Shown here: positions 63,360 to 64,000 of the stretch, piece after piece | How the letters are laid out: every line of letters starts with the position of its first letter | Position numbering within the stretch: the stretch's first letter is position 1 | Source of the DNA: a virus | Taxonomy: Duplodnaviria; Heunggongvirae; Uroviricota; Caudoviricetes | IMG/VR virus record: IMGVR_UViG_3300012979_000028 | Coordinates: 85,985 to 149,984 of that record | DNA length: 64,000 bases | Strand: one strand, 5' to 3' | The notes under the pieces: generated by a model | What the model was told of the DNA's origin: nothing | What the model saw: the letters and a program-made list of their open reading frames with translations, nothing else | Databases searched by the model: none | Program-made: the position numbers and the translations under genes

Positions 63360-63984
63360 AAAGAGAATTTTTTAATTTCCCTACATAAAATTTCATCCAA
63401 TTACCTACTTCCTCTAGACTTACCTCATCATAGATATAATCATCCAAGAAAACATCTATAGGAAATTCATTACACGAAGACTCTCTAATAAACCAATTAT
63501 CACAGATGCCTTTTTCATTGAATCCGAATGTAATATATCTCTTAGAATTAATTCTGATGTAGGTTTTCTGATCAAGAAATGTTGAGTACTTTGGTAGATC
63601 ATCAACAACCAGGCTCTTATCTACTTCAAGAAATCCGACACTCTCCTTATTTTCATTAGAAGAAACAACCCTTACCCACTTATGATTGCTGTTATTTTTA
63701 GGCATTGATCTTTCTTGAGTTTTATCCACTACGATATTAACAGACTTAGTAAATTCCTCAAAATTCGCTAACCTAGGCTTATTAATAATACACTTTCTAT
63801 TCTCGTAAGTAAATAAGTAAAATGCTCTATCATCGATAACTCCTATTTCAGAGTCAATTATTGATACTCCACGAATACTATTAATCGTGTTAGTTTCTGT
63901 AAAGATGTCATCAAATGTAGTTCCGATGTTAAAAGTTTTTCTACCTTCGACTTTAACTTCATCATCTATGAAATATTTTTCCAT
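63337..63984 (-). CDS. hypothetical protein
   Basis: 215-aa ORF; C-terminal similarity to 62684..63151. Confidence 0.7.
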   Translation of the reverse strand: MEKYFIDDEVKVEGRKTFNIGTTFDDIFTETNTINSIRGVSIIDSEIGVIDDRAFYLFTYENRKCIINKPRLANFEEFTKSVNIVVDKTQERSMPKNNSNHKWVRVVSSNENKESVGFLEVDKSLVVDDLPKYSTFLDQKTYIRINSKRYITFGFNEKGICDNWFIRESSCNEFPIDVFLDDYIYDEVSLEEVGNWMKFYVGKLKNSLYEYFRMG

Positions 63985-64000
63985 AATGAATTTTATATAG

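Overview
This AT-rich window looks like part of a large (jumbo-type) dsDNA phage genome. Almost all genes are on the minus strand, and the A-rich leaders largely lack Shine-Dalgarno sites, which suggests a Bacteroidota host (inference). It encodes replication, repair and nucleotide genes: an SbcD-SbcC fusion, a 5'-3' exonuclease, a probable SSB, NrdD/NrdG, dUTPase, NAD-dependent ligase, DnaB and two SF2 helicases. It also encodes a ParM-like actin, a 2H phosphoesterase and its own multisubunit RNA polymerase (beta and beta'). Five features stand out. (1) A 13.3-kb tandem array of 59 small paralogous genes (4365-17714) has a conserved MLYKKYHR..FKKG N-terminus and a hypervariable body. (2) Seven group I introns have splice sites that can be reconstructed by hand: three in nrdD, three in beta' and one in a helicase. 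One pair of introns isolates a 12-nt micro-exon (DFDG) of the RNAP catalytic NADFDGD motif. (3) Four tiny ORF-less units (promoter, variable sequence, conserved GAGA-loop hairpin) look like a family of antisense sRNAs. (4) A dispersed MR(I/V)xR(K)xFS protein family has its own promoter motif. (5) A helicase and a GIY-YIG nuclease share a C-terminal domain and sit next to a structured non-coding region. All calls come from motif recognition by eye; no searches were run.
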